IMG/VR virus record: IMGVR_UViG_3300022719_000283
Span: 252,067-316,066 of that record
Direction: 5' to 3' (one strand)
DNA length: 64,000 nt
DNA from: a virus
Taxonomy: Duplodnaviria > Heunggongvirae > Uroviricota > Caudoviricetes
Part shown: positions 53,545 through 61,777 of the stretch, one piece after another
Numbering within the stretch: the first letter of the stretch is position 1
Layout: every line of letters begins with the position of its first letter
The notes under the pieces: generated by a model
Told to the model about the DNA's origin: nothing
Databases searched by the model: none
Seen by the model: the letters and a program-made list of their open reading frames with translations, nothing else
Made by a program: the position numbers and the translations under genes

Positions 53545-54675
53545 TCAGGCGTTGAGCTCGGCCTTGGCCCGACGCACCAGCTTGCGTCGGACATCCGGGT
53601 CCGTCGAGTGAAATGCCATCCGAACGATCTTGCGACCTACGGAGGACAGTCGCGCTTCTTTCTCGTTTTCTTCGCTTCCAGGAGGCTTCTCGAAGAGGCG
53701 CAGATCGTCTTTCTCACTGGCCTGCCGGCCTGCTTGCGCTTCGGCCTCGGCTTCAGCGAACTCCAGATCCTCATCTTCTTCGTCGAAGATCGCGTTCCGC
53801 ATCGCCATGAACTCGTCAGCAGACATCTCCCGAACCCGTTCCTTGGTCTCTTGATCAGCCCAACTGCCTGCTAGGAATTTAGCCTTGAGCTCCTCGGCGC
53901 TGAGCTTGCGTCCCCGGGATGGCTTGTCTTTGCGGAATTGCCAGACGGCATCCGCATCCACACCTTCGAGATTGTTGTCGTTTGCAACCTGAAGGACCCT
54001 GTCACTGTACTTGCGCCCCTTGGCCTTCTCGAGCTTTTTGCTCAAACCCTTGTGGAGCTTTTTCATCTCGTCGTTCGTGACCTTGGCGACTTTGGTCAAC
54101 CAGTGGTTCTTCGTGTACTCCTCGTCCGGGTTCGCTGCCATGTACTCGACCGCCTGCCGTAGCGTTTCGAGCTCTTGGAAGGACGTGTTTTTGAACCCGT
54201 CCTTGATCTTGTCCGGAAGGTTTCCTTCGAGCTGATTGATTTTCTCCATCGGGAGAATGCGCTCCAGATCGTCATCCTTGAGTCCGGAATCGTCGCTCAT
54301 CTGTTTCTTGGGCTTGCCACGAAGCTCGGTGCGGTCCGCGTGTCGGCCTCCACCCTCTCCTTCTTGTGCCCCTTCCTGGGCGTCATCACCTTCTTCGTGC
54401 TCTCCGGGAGCGGGGCCACCACGATCCTGATATTCCCCAGCTCTCCAGCGACGGTAGACTTCTTTTTGATCCGAAGAGTCCAAAGAGTTGAACCGGACCT
54501 TGTTTCCGGTCTCTCGCCGAGTGAAGACAGATCCTTGATCATTTGCCCAGTTTTTGAACTCCTGCGTATAGCGGGCAGTCACGACTTGCTCGACAGCCCG
54601 ACGCCGCAGCTCAGGGTCCTTGCTCTGATAGGCCAGACGAATGATCTGACGTTGCTTGTTGGTGAGTTGGTCCAT
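53545..54675 (-). CDS. Putative internal virion protein, paralog of the 692-aa neighbour
   Basis: N- and C-terminal IRLAY..DPELRR-type motifs; three segments shared with 54700..56778. Confidence 0.7.
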   Translation of the reverse strand: MDQLTNKQRQIIRLAYQSKDPELRRRAVEQVVTARYTQEFKNWANDQGSVFTRRETGNKVRFNSLDSSDQKEVYRRWRAGEYQDRGGPAPGEHEEGDDAQEGAQEGEGGGRHADRTELRGKPKKQMSDDSGLKDDDLERILPMEKINQLEGNLPDKIKDGFKNTSFQELETLRQAVEYMAANPDEEYTKNHWLTKVAKVTNDEMKKLHKGLSKKLEKAKGRKYSDRVLQVANDNNLEGVDADAVWQFRKDKPSRGRKLSAEELKAKFLAGSWADQETKERVREMSADEFMAMRNAIFDEEDEDLEFAEAEAEAQAGRQASEKDDLRLFEKPPGSEENEKEARLSSVGRKIVRMAFHSTDPDVRRKLVRRAKAELNA

Positions 54676-54699
54676 AATGTTGTTCCCCGTTTGTGAAAA

Positions 54700-56778
54700 T
54701 CAGGCGGCCTGTGAGACCTCTTCTTCGTCTTCGTCCAACACCTCTTTCAGGATGGACTTGTACATGACCATGAAATCGGCGAGAGACATGCCCTGCATCC
54801 GCTCACGTGTTTCCGGCTTGGCTTTGGCCAAGAACCGGCTCATTTTCTCCTGGTCGCTGAGTGCTCGACCTCGACCCGGCTTGTCCGCACGCCAGTCGTA
54901 CAACGCATCCGCATCTTCGCTCTCGAGGTCGTACTTGTTGGCCATCTTCAGAACATCATCGTGGTACTGGCGGCCATTCACATCGCCGAGCTTGCGTTTC
55001 AGCAACTTTTTGAGCTTCTTGAGCCCTTCACGGTCGTAGCCCAAGTTTTTGACCAGAGGATGCTGACGCGCAGCATCCGAATCCCAGTTTTTCAGGATGC
55101 CAGAAGCTGCCTTACGGAGCTGCTCGAGGTCTTCGTAGGTTGCTTTCTTGAGCTGCTCTTTGGCGTGCGCTTTGGCCTCATCGGAAGCTCCCTGCGGAAG
55201 AACCTGTCCGATGAAATAGGAATTGAGCTTGGCCTTGGAGTCCATCTGTTTCCGACCCCCGCCGCGGAGCTCACGACGATCCTGATGACGAGCAGGGGCT
55301 TCTTGCCGTTTGCGCTGACGGCCCTGCTCCTCTTCACGCTGCTGCATGTATTCCTGCCGAAGACGCCCGAACTCGCGCCGAATGCCGGCTCGAGCAGCAT
55401 TCAGGTTTTCCTGCTGGTTCTCGTTGAGATCCCGGTCTTGAACCTGCTCGGCAGCCACCGCAAGAGCCAAGACAGCCATGGGACGATTGGTCCCTTCAAC
55501 AGGCACTCCAGCGTCTTTGAGTTTCTTGAGGAGCTTCTTGGCAAAATCGCCGTCGAACTCGGTGCCGCCCGCAAGTTGTTGCAACGCACGGGCGAAAACA
55601 GGTTTCATCTTGCCCCGAGCATCAGCGTCCCAACGACGCTGGATAGGGCCCTGTAGAGCGTCCATGTCTGGGGTCAGACGCTCTTTGTCGCGATTACGGT
55701 CTCGACGCTCCTGACGGTCTTCACCGTCAAGCTGGCTAATGCCCTCATCGAGCTTGAGCTGCATTGCCCGATAAGTCTGGGCCTGCTGTCGCAACGGCTC
55801 CCCACCCTCCTTCGATGCCTGAGCAAGTTGTTTCACCCAACTCCGGAGCTGATGCATGAACTCCTTCATGGCTTTCCGGGGTGGAGGAGATTCGCCGAGG
55901 GCGTTTTCCAAGCGATCCTTGATCTTGGCCCGAGTCACCTCTCGAGGGTCTCGAATCTCGCGCATCGCCTTGAACGCCTCTCGCAGCTTCTCGGCGCGAC
56001 GGTTCCCTACCCCGACATCATCGAACTGAGGCCATCCACCACTAGGTTGCTGGGGAAGCCGGGCTCGAGCTCGTTCGCGCTCGGCTCGCGGTCCCATTCC
56101 CGGCACCCGGTGGTACTCGAGCATCTGGTTACGGACCGCCCCTAAAGACATGTGGCGCTCCTCCCCTTCCTGCTCCGGATTGTCCCGGTCAAACTGAACC
56201 ATTATCAAGGTTGGGTTCCGGGCTCTCCGTCCCTCCCGGTCAACAGCAGTGACACGGTGAAGCTTGACCGGACTGTCCGAACGCCAAATGACATCCCCAG
56301 GCCGGATCTCGTTGAAGTTCTCGACCGTGATACGGGTTTCGGGCCCGAGTCCTTGCGGTTTGTGGCGTTGGGCCCAGTCCAAACGGCCTTGCTGCCACTC
56401 CTGGTAGATCCGGGACTGCTCTTCACTAGGCAATGAGTTAAAAACCACTCGTTGCTTGCGACCCTCCGGGTTCGGATTGGGGAAATCCCGGTTCGCAATC
56501 CAACGAAGAAACGCGGGCCGGTACCGACCGCGGTTTCGGGCATCAGCTTGTTTGCAGTGTCCTGAACGATCCGCAGTAATGACACTCTCAAGGAGAACAC
56601 GTCGAAGAGCGGGGCTCTTAGCCTCGTAGGCAGTACGGATCACCAACCCACGAAGATCAATTTCCCGAGAAGCCACCCGAGCTTCATGGCCGAGGCTTAC
56701 CAGAGGCATCAGGTCCGAACGAAGATCAGCGTGGACAAACGCGGCTTTCGTCAACTCGTAGAGCATGCGACGGTTCAT
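54700..56778 (-). CDS. Putative internal virion protein, paralog of the 376-aa neighbour, with an extra SH3-like insertion
   Basis: Shared modules; IRPGDVIW beta domain; RVAS and KQAD tags. Confidence 0.7.
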   Translation of the reverse strand: MNRRMLYELTKAAFVHADLRSDLMPLVSLGHEARVASREIDLRGLVIRTAYEAKSPALRRVLLESVITADRSGHCKQADARNRGRYRPAFLRWIANRDFPNPNPEGRKQRVVFNSLPSEEQSRIYQEWQQGRLDWAQRHKPQGLGPETRITVENFNEIRPGDVIWRSDSPVKLHRVTAVDREGRRARNPTLIMVQFDRDNPEQEGEERHMSLGAVRNQMLEYHRVPGMGPRAERERARARLPQQPSGGWPQFDDVGVGNRRAEKLREAFKAMREIRDPREVTRAKIKDRLENALGESPPPRKAMKEFMHQLRSWVKQLAQASKEGGEPLRQQAQTYRAMQLKLDEGISQLDGEDRQERRDRNRDKERLTPDMDALQGPIQRRWDADARGKMKPVFARALQQLAGGTEFDGDFAKKLLKKLKDAGVPVEGTNRPMAVLALAVAAEQVQDRDLNENQQENLNAARAGIRREFGRLRQEYMQQREEEQGRQRKRQEAPARHQDRRELRGGGRKQMDSKAKLNSYFIGQVLPQGASDEAKAHAKEQLKKATYEDLEQLRKAASGILKNWDSDAARQHPLVKNLGYDREGLKKLKKLLKRKLGDVNGRQYHDDVLKMANKYDLESEDADALYDWRADKPGRGRALSDQEKMSRFLAKAKPETRERMQGMSLADFMVMYKSILKEVLDEDEEEVSQAA

Positions 56779-58070
56779 CCCACACCCCCCAGAAGAAACC
56801 GCCGCGCTACTCGGAGCTCCACAGGGCCCCGGGTGAAAACGGTGTGGGGTTGTTTCTGTTCGTTCCAGTTCTCGTAGTCGTTCATTTCGAAGAAATCATG
56901 AAGGTGGTGTGGGACGTGCTGACGAGGACCTTCATCCATCGCTTCTCTCTCTTCATCTCCATCGTCATCCTGCTCGATCTGGTGCAACCACTCCTGGACC
57001 ACATGATAAGGGTCCATCGGGGTTTGCTCTTCGGTGAGTTCGTACCCGCGATCAGAACCTACCCGAGCCGCGCCCGGCTCAAGCATCTCGATCTCCTCGG
57101 CCAACTCCTCCACGATCTTCTTGATGGCTGGATCGCGGCCAACTTTCTCGCGCATGAATCGGAAGACGTTACGGCCCTTCGCTCCGAGCACGTCGGTAAG
57201 CCGTTGGGGGGACACCCCGAGCTCCTGCATGATCTCCTTGCGAACGAGATTGATAGCCTGCCCGAACCAGCGTTTCGGGGAGAACTTCTTGACCATCTGA
57301 CGCATCTTGGCGGGAGACCGATACTTCGGTTGCGAGATCTTCTCCAGAAAGACCTTGACGATCGGTCGCTCGGCCCGGGGGAAATATTGATCGACCAGAC
57401 GATCGATGATGCGCCGAATCTCGCGCCCAGGGCCTCCAGGACTCTGAAGGGCAAGCAGCATCAGGAGTTGTCGTTTCTCATCATCGAGAGACGGAGCCGC
57501 CCGTGTACGCGTGGGATCGAACCCTTGGCCTCCGGGAGCGAAGGTCCGGGTCACCTGGTTCTGTTTTTTCTTGATTTGGTTGATCGCGTAGTGTCGAACC
57601 CAGCGCTCGATCGTGCCGAGAACCCTGGAATCGCGCGGCGTGATGGTGCCGGCTCCGAGGTCGTTTTTATGAGACGTGAGCTTTTTTCCAATCGTGTAGA
57701 AGAGCCGCGTGTAATCGGGCCCTCCAGATCGCGTACTGTTGACGACCATGTCTTGGACCAAGTCAGCCGGCTCAATCGTTGAGTCACGGCTGACCACACG
57801 GCTTGCTGCCGCCAAAGCTTTGTCGTACACCCCCTCACTCCGGGTGGTTGTCCAAGAAGCAGCAAGTCGCGGGCCGAAGTGCTCGAGCGCGTCCCCGAAA
57901 CCGGCAGCCCCTCGCCGAAGCCATTTCCCTGGCGAAACACCGGCCGCGCCCTCCAAGATCGAGAGGCGCGCGAACATGTCCATGCTGAAAGCAGCCGCTC
58001 GGCTGAGCGCGGCCACGAGGTACCGCTCGGCCACCCTCCGGGCCGTTTTCTGCTTCTGGGACAAGGACAT
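56775..58070 (-). CDS. Sigma-factor-like protein (regions 2 and 4) flanked by virion-type tags
   Basis: EPADLVQDMVV...RWVRHYAINQIKKK resembles region 2; RKEIMQELGVSPQRLTDVL resembles the region-4 HTH; termini KTARRVAERYL and RVARRFL. Confidence 0.5.
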   Translation of the reverse strand: MSLSQKQKTARRVAERYLVAALSRAAAFSMDMFARLSILEGAAGVSPGKWLRRGAAGFGDALEHFGPRLAASWTTTRSEGVYDKALAAASRVVSRDSTIEPADLVQDMVVNSTRSGGPDYTRLFYTIGKKLTSHKNDLGAGTITPRDSRVLGTIERWVRHYAINQIKKKQNQVTRTFAPGGQGFDPTRTRAAPSLDDEKRQLLMLLALQSPGGPGREIRRIIDRLVDQYFPRAERPIVKVFLEKISQPKYRSPAKMRQMVKKFSPKRWFGQAINLVRKEIMQELGVSPQRLTDVLGAKGRNVFRFMREKVGRDPAIKKIVEELAEEIEMLEPGAARVGSDRGYELTEEQTPMDPYHVVQEWLHQIEQDDDGDEEREAMDEGPRQHVPHHLHDFFEMNDYENWNEQKQPHTVFTRGPVELRVARRFLLGGVG

Positions 58071-58111
58071 CGAGAGCTCTCGTGTGCTGAACGTTCATCC
58101 TGGGGGGATCC

Positions 58112-58126
58112 ATAGAAGGAAAATGG
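58112..58126 (-). promoter_or_regulatory. Candidate late promoter motif (CCATTTTCCTTCTAT)
   Basis: Degenerate match, 42 nt upstream of the 431-aa gene. Confidence 0.35.
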
Positions 58127-58155
58127 GACCTCCGCAGACCGGAGATCTTTCCGAG

Positions 58156-58164
58156 TTATCCACA
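58156..58164 (+). promoter_or_regulatory. Perfect DnaA-box 9-mer (TTATCCACA)
   Basis: Exact match to the bacterial consensus, in a divergent intergenic region; a single copy. Confidence 0.4.
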
Positions 58165-58267
58165 GGTAAAAACTTTGGGGCCGGTCTAGCTCAATAGTTG
58201 AGCTATACACCCGTAACTGGTCGTCTTCACTCAGTAAACCCTTGTGCAGGCTGTCAACCGCGAAAAG

Positions 58268-58296
58268 TTGACAACCGCGACCACGGCGCATACAAC
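58268..58296 (+). promoter_or_regulatory. Host sigma-70-type promoter (TTGACA-17-TACAAC)
   Basis: Perfect -35, 17-nt spacer and near-consensus -10, about 105 nt upstream of ATG 58402. Confidence 0.6.
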
Positions 58297-58401
58297 CGAG
58301 GGGCTCTTGTCACTGACCCGCCTAACCAGCCCGTCCCGACCTGAGCGCAACCGAGAACCCACTTAGCGGAGGCTCATTGAGCCCAAGCAAGGACCGAAAA
58401 C

Positions 58402-59601
58402 ATGACCACCACCGCCGTTGGGCTCAAGCCCACTGAGTCCCTCTTTTACGCACCCGTCATCTACCTCATCGGCAAGCTCTCCGGCTTCAAACCCTATGTC
58501 GGGGTTCACCAGAAGCTGATCCGAGATGATGCCATCCGCCTCGCCGGCTTGGATCTTCTCTATGAGGAGGACAAGAAGGGGGAGAGCGTGCCCGTCTACG
58601 CTACAGATGGTCACTTTCGATGGCACCTTCGCAGCTCTTCGAGCAAAAAGCGAAACGGCTTGTATCGAACCGTCTCCTTTGGGTGGTACCACCAGACCCA
58701 CAAGTATCGCGCAGACAACCCGCAGAGGGAATTCTGCGCTCGACCCATGGATCCCGAAACCCGGGGTAAAAGAGGTTACTGGGCCCTCACCGCCCTTGGA
58801 GTCAAGCGCGCCAAAGCGCTTCGGGAGGTCTACGAGGGAAAAATCGTTCTCTCGGCCGGCCCCAACCGCACTGCGCAGTTTTTGGGCGAGAACTGGGACC
58901 GTTTTTACGGCAAGGCCACTCTGGCCCTTCGCCGCAAGATGCCTCGGTCGGAGGCTCTCGACAAGGTCGACGATCACGTCATGAATTGGGTCGAGAAGGT
59001 GATGCAACGCGATGGTCTTCGCAAACGCCTCGAGAAAGGGATCTCCATCGCTCCCTCCCATGTTTCTGGCTGGGCCAAGAAGGCCGCGTACACCCAGATC
59101 CGGAATGAAGGGCGAGAACCCGTCTGTCGCATCTTCCACGGAGCTCTGACCCCCAAGGAAGTTGCAGCCCTCAACGACACCAATTGGGCAGAGACGGTCA
59201 TTCCCCGCACGGTCAACGAAGCCGACGTCCTCTGCCACAACCAGTACGCTGCACACTCCGAATCGGATTGGATCGACGACCCCACCGAAGCCATCCAAGA
59301 CGAGCACATCACGGCCCAGGTCGAAAGCAGCGTGGCGGATGAAGATTCGCTGGAGTTCTGCTTGGATCAGGTCAGCAAGATCATCATGGAGGAGGTGTCA
59401 GAGGAACATGATCCAGCATTCCACTGCCAGCTCGTCTACGATCGTTTCGTGCGCGAGCTGACCGTGCGCGAAATCGCCGAACACCACGGTCTCGATTTCG
59501 ACGAAAACGAGAGCCGAATCAAGGTGGCTCTCAGTCGCGTGCGCGACGTGATGCTTCAAGCCCGTGAACAGGGATTCCTGGACGAATTCCTGATTCGCTA
59601 G
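58402..59601 (+). CDS. Sigma-70-like factor with an N-terminal winged-helix (Mrr_N-like) domain
   Basis: TVSFGWY...KRGYWALTALG is an Mrr_N-type signature; region-2-like DKVDDHVM...GWAKKAAYTQIR; region 4 LTVREIAEHHG...RIKVALSRVR. Confidence 0.65.
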   Translation: MTTTAVGLKPTESLFYAPVIYLIGKLSGFKPYVGVHQKLIRDDAIRLAGLDLLYEEDKKGESVPVYATDGHFRWHLRSSSSKKRNGLYRTVSFGWYHQTHKYRADNPQREFCARPMDPETRGKRGYWALTALGVKRAKALREVYEGKIVLSAGPNRTAQFLGENWDRFYGKATLALRRKMPRSEALDKVDDHVMNWVEKVMQRDGLRKRLEKGISIAPSHVSGWAKKAAYTQIRNEGREPVCRIFHGALTPKEVAALNDTNWAETVIPRTVNEADVLCHNQYAAHSESDWIDDPTEAIQDEHITAQVESSVADEDSLEFCLDQVSKIIMEEVSEEHDPAFHCQLVYDRFVRELTVREIAEHHGLDFDENESRIKVALSRVRDVMLQAREQGFLDEFLIR

Positions 59602-60578
59602 TCCGCGTCCCAATTCAGCCAGGCTTCGACGGTTTTCGGCGCATCCTCAGCGGCGCGTCGAAATTTGAAGCCTTCAGAGGGGTAGCAGGACAAGATGAGG
59701 CCGGCAGCGTGGCATCGGCCCGTCTTGCTGTGCTCACCCAGGAACCCGGTGACACGGGCGTACAGGGCTGTCTTTCGCCGATGAAGATCGGCTGCGGCAT
59801 ACCCAGCAGACTCTCGAATTGTTGTGCAGATGCTGAGACCAAGGCTGGCCGTTTTGCGAGGGAATCCGTACATGCCCCACCGAGGGGCCGCCTCTTTCTC
59901 CAGGGACGCCGTGGTGATGCCGAAGTCGAATTCCGGGCCCTCTTCTTCGACTTCGTCCTCCCAGGAGGTCTGGGGCATGGACGCTTTGTAGGCCGCCAGC
60001 AAGACCCGGGCAGCGTAGCTTTGGCCTCGAGTGGCATGAGTTTCGAGGAAAGACACGATGTGACGGTCTTTCCTAGCTGCCTTGTGCATCAATTTCGCCG
60101 CCCGCTTGTTGATGCGTTTGACGGCGGTCTCGCATGAAGCCTGGATGGTTTTCGGGTATCCGTAGAGGCCACCCCCACGCCGAGCTTTCCTCTCGAGCGT
60201 TGCCAACTTCATGCGCTCTTCGAGCGTGGGACCCCATCGCTGATTGAGCCCGGCATCCTTCCGCACCCGAGCTCCAGCAGTGCGGGGAACCTTTTTGGGG
60301 GCCGAGTGCTGCACCTGATCGAGGATCTTGTCGCGGAAGTTGTCCGCCCCCACATCATCGAAACTGGCCTCGAAAAGCTGGCCTTCGAATTCGGCCTCGT
60401 CGTCGAGGTGATCATGAGCGGTGAAAAGGATTTCGTCCTTTCCAGTCCATCCCGTGTAGGTGCTGTAGCCGAGAGGAATTTTTTTCGTCGTGGCCGGGTA
60501 GAGCTCGCGGACCTTGTCCACGAATTCCTCGTTCACCCAGTGTCGACCGTCGAGGTTGGCGTACTGCGCAGGCATCAC
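59598..60578 (-). CDS. Hypothetical virion protein with an internal duplication
   Basis: GLYGYPKTIQASC / GMYGFPRKTASLG repeated modules; RTAG, KEAA and KTAS tags. Confidence 0.65.
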   Translation of the reverse strand: MMPAQYANLDGRHWVNEEFVDKVRELYPATTKKIPLGYSTYTGWTGKDEILFTAHDHLDDEAEFEGQLFEASFDDVGADNFRDKILDQVQHSAPKKVPRTAGARVRKDAGLNQRWGPTLEERMKLATLERKARRGGGLYGYPKTIQASCETAVKRINKRAAKLMHKAARKDRHIVSFLETHATRGQSYAARVLLAAYKASMPQTSWEDEVEEEGPEFDFGITTASLEKEAAPRWGMYGFPRKTASLGLSICTTIRESAGYAAADLHRRKTALYARVTGFLGEHSKTGRCHAAGLILSCYPSEGFKFRRAAEDAPKTVEAWLNWDAD

Positions 60579-61366
60579 TTTTTCTCCAAGAATCGGCGGG
60601 CCACCCGATGGGCGACTCGGATTTGGTCTTCGGGGGAGTATTTAAGGTCCACTTCACCCCGCCAACGGTAAATGTCGGAAGCCACCACGTCGATGTCTTC
60701 CATGAATGGGTAATCAGCGTCGTTGGGATCAACACCCATCGTCCGCATCTTGTTGATGACGTGAGCGACGACATCGGCACTCGCCTCGAGCTGGTGTACG
60801 GCCTCCTGATAGTCACCGTAAACTTCCGCGAGCGGAGCCGAAACCTTTTGGCTTGCCATGACCTGACGCCCCGCAGGGGTAATCTCCCGCTCCACGGCCA
60901 TCGCTGGACGACGGATTAAGTAATCTGGCCACTTCTCATACCAGAGCTTGTAGAACTCCCCCGTAGGAATCACCCGAACAGTCTCACGTGGATCCGGAAT
61001 GTTGGGGTCCGCGACGTAGACGTTGCCTTGATCATCCACGTCGAAAACTACGGATGCATGTGACCAGGGACGCCCCTCTGGATTCCACGCAATCATCACG
61101 GGGATCCGGTTATCCGTCCAACTTTTGAGCTGGTCAACCGTAGACGGGCACGTCAAAGTGCACCGCATTCCGTAGTGTTGGCCGCAAGCCAACGCATGTT
61201 CCCAGGCGGCCCCTTTTAGGGGTCTAGCCCCCATGACTTTGTTGACTTCGTCTTCGTCGCAGGAAAGGCCGTTGGCCCGTAGACACATCATCATCGAGCA
61301 TGACATGCACGAGTACTGCGTACGCTGCCGGACCGGATCGACAGCAGCCTTAGCAGTACGTCTCAC
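60575..61366 (-). CDS. C39-family cysteine peptidase with virion-type tags
   Basis: GTG 61366 overlaps the upstream TGA and has a GAGGAGG RBS; RQRTQYSCMSC (Gln/Cys) and WSHASVVFDVD (His/Asp); MRRTA start and RVARRFL end. Confidence 0.85.
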   Translation of the reverse strand: MRRTAKAAVDPVRQRTQYSCMSCSMMMCLRANGLSCDEDEVNKVMGARPLKGAAWEHALACGQHYGMRCTLTCPSTVDQLKSWTDNRIPVMIAWNPEGRPWSHASVVFDVDDQGNVYVADPNIPDPRETVRVIPTGEFYKLWYEKWPDYLIRRPAMAVEREITPAGRQVMASQKVSAPLAEVYGDYQEAVHQLEASADVVAHVINKMRTMGVDPNDADYPFMEDIDVVASDIYRWRGEVDLKYSPEDQIRVAHRVARRFLEKK

Positions 61367-61671
61367 AGGTCCTCCTCTTCCAAACGGTAGCGAATGGAAT
61401 CGAAAACCGCATCGATGTATTCGGCAGCCAGATGCAGTTTGTACTCCTGCCAATCCTCGAGTTCGTCCACGTTGCCGGCCAACATGTCGAGAATGTCCGG
61501 AGCTCGTTCACTGATCTTCATCAGGGAACGAAGCGCCATGTAATTGTGATCCCGATCTGCTGTCTTGCGCACAGGTTTCGACCTGGCCATCTCGACGGCA
61601 AGCTTTTTACGAAGCTCGGGCCGCTGCTTACAGAGCCGCAGGAGAGCCTTCTTGAACCGGGTATCGTGCAT
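61363..61671 (-). CDS. Small putative virion protein
   Basis: Start MHDTRF; LLRLCKQRPELRKKL motif; RKTAD tag. Confidence 0.65.
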   Translation of the reverse strand: MHDTRFKKALLRLCKQRPELRKKLAVEMARSKPVRKTADRDHNYMALRSLMKISERAPDILDMLAGNVDELEDWQEYKLHLAAEYIDAVFDSIRYRLEEEDL

Positions 61672-61708
61672 GGTGGGGACCGCGCGAGTTCCTACTCGGG
61701 GGTGCTCC

Positions 61709-61750
61709 ATAGGCTGACTACCGTCCCCAAAACACCGATAACAGCCCTAT
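61709..61750. promoter_or_regulatory. Divergent pair of late-promoter-like motifs
   Basis: Minus strand CGGTAGTCAGCCTAT (61709-61723); plus strand CGATAACAGCCCTAT (61736-61750), 28 nt before ATG 61778. Confidence 0.45.
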
Positions 61751-61777
61751 GCACTTCCCCTGACTGAGTGCCCTCAG

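Noticed and set aside
53545-56778. Paralogous segments as a DGR template/variable repeat pair
   Set aside because: The similarity is at the protein level with general nucleotide divergence rather than adenine-specific changes, and there is no reverse transcriptase in the window.
58183-58260. tRNA-like start (GCCGGTC-TA-GCTC-AATAGTT-GAGC resembles an acceptor strand plus D-arm)
   Set aside because: No pairing anticodon stem, no TTCRA T-loop and no complementary 3' acceptor strand follow. It is better explained as a DNA palindrome.
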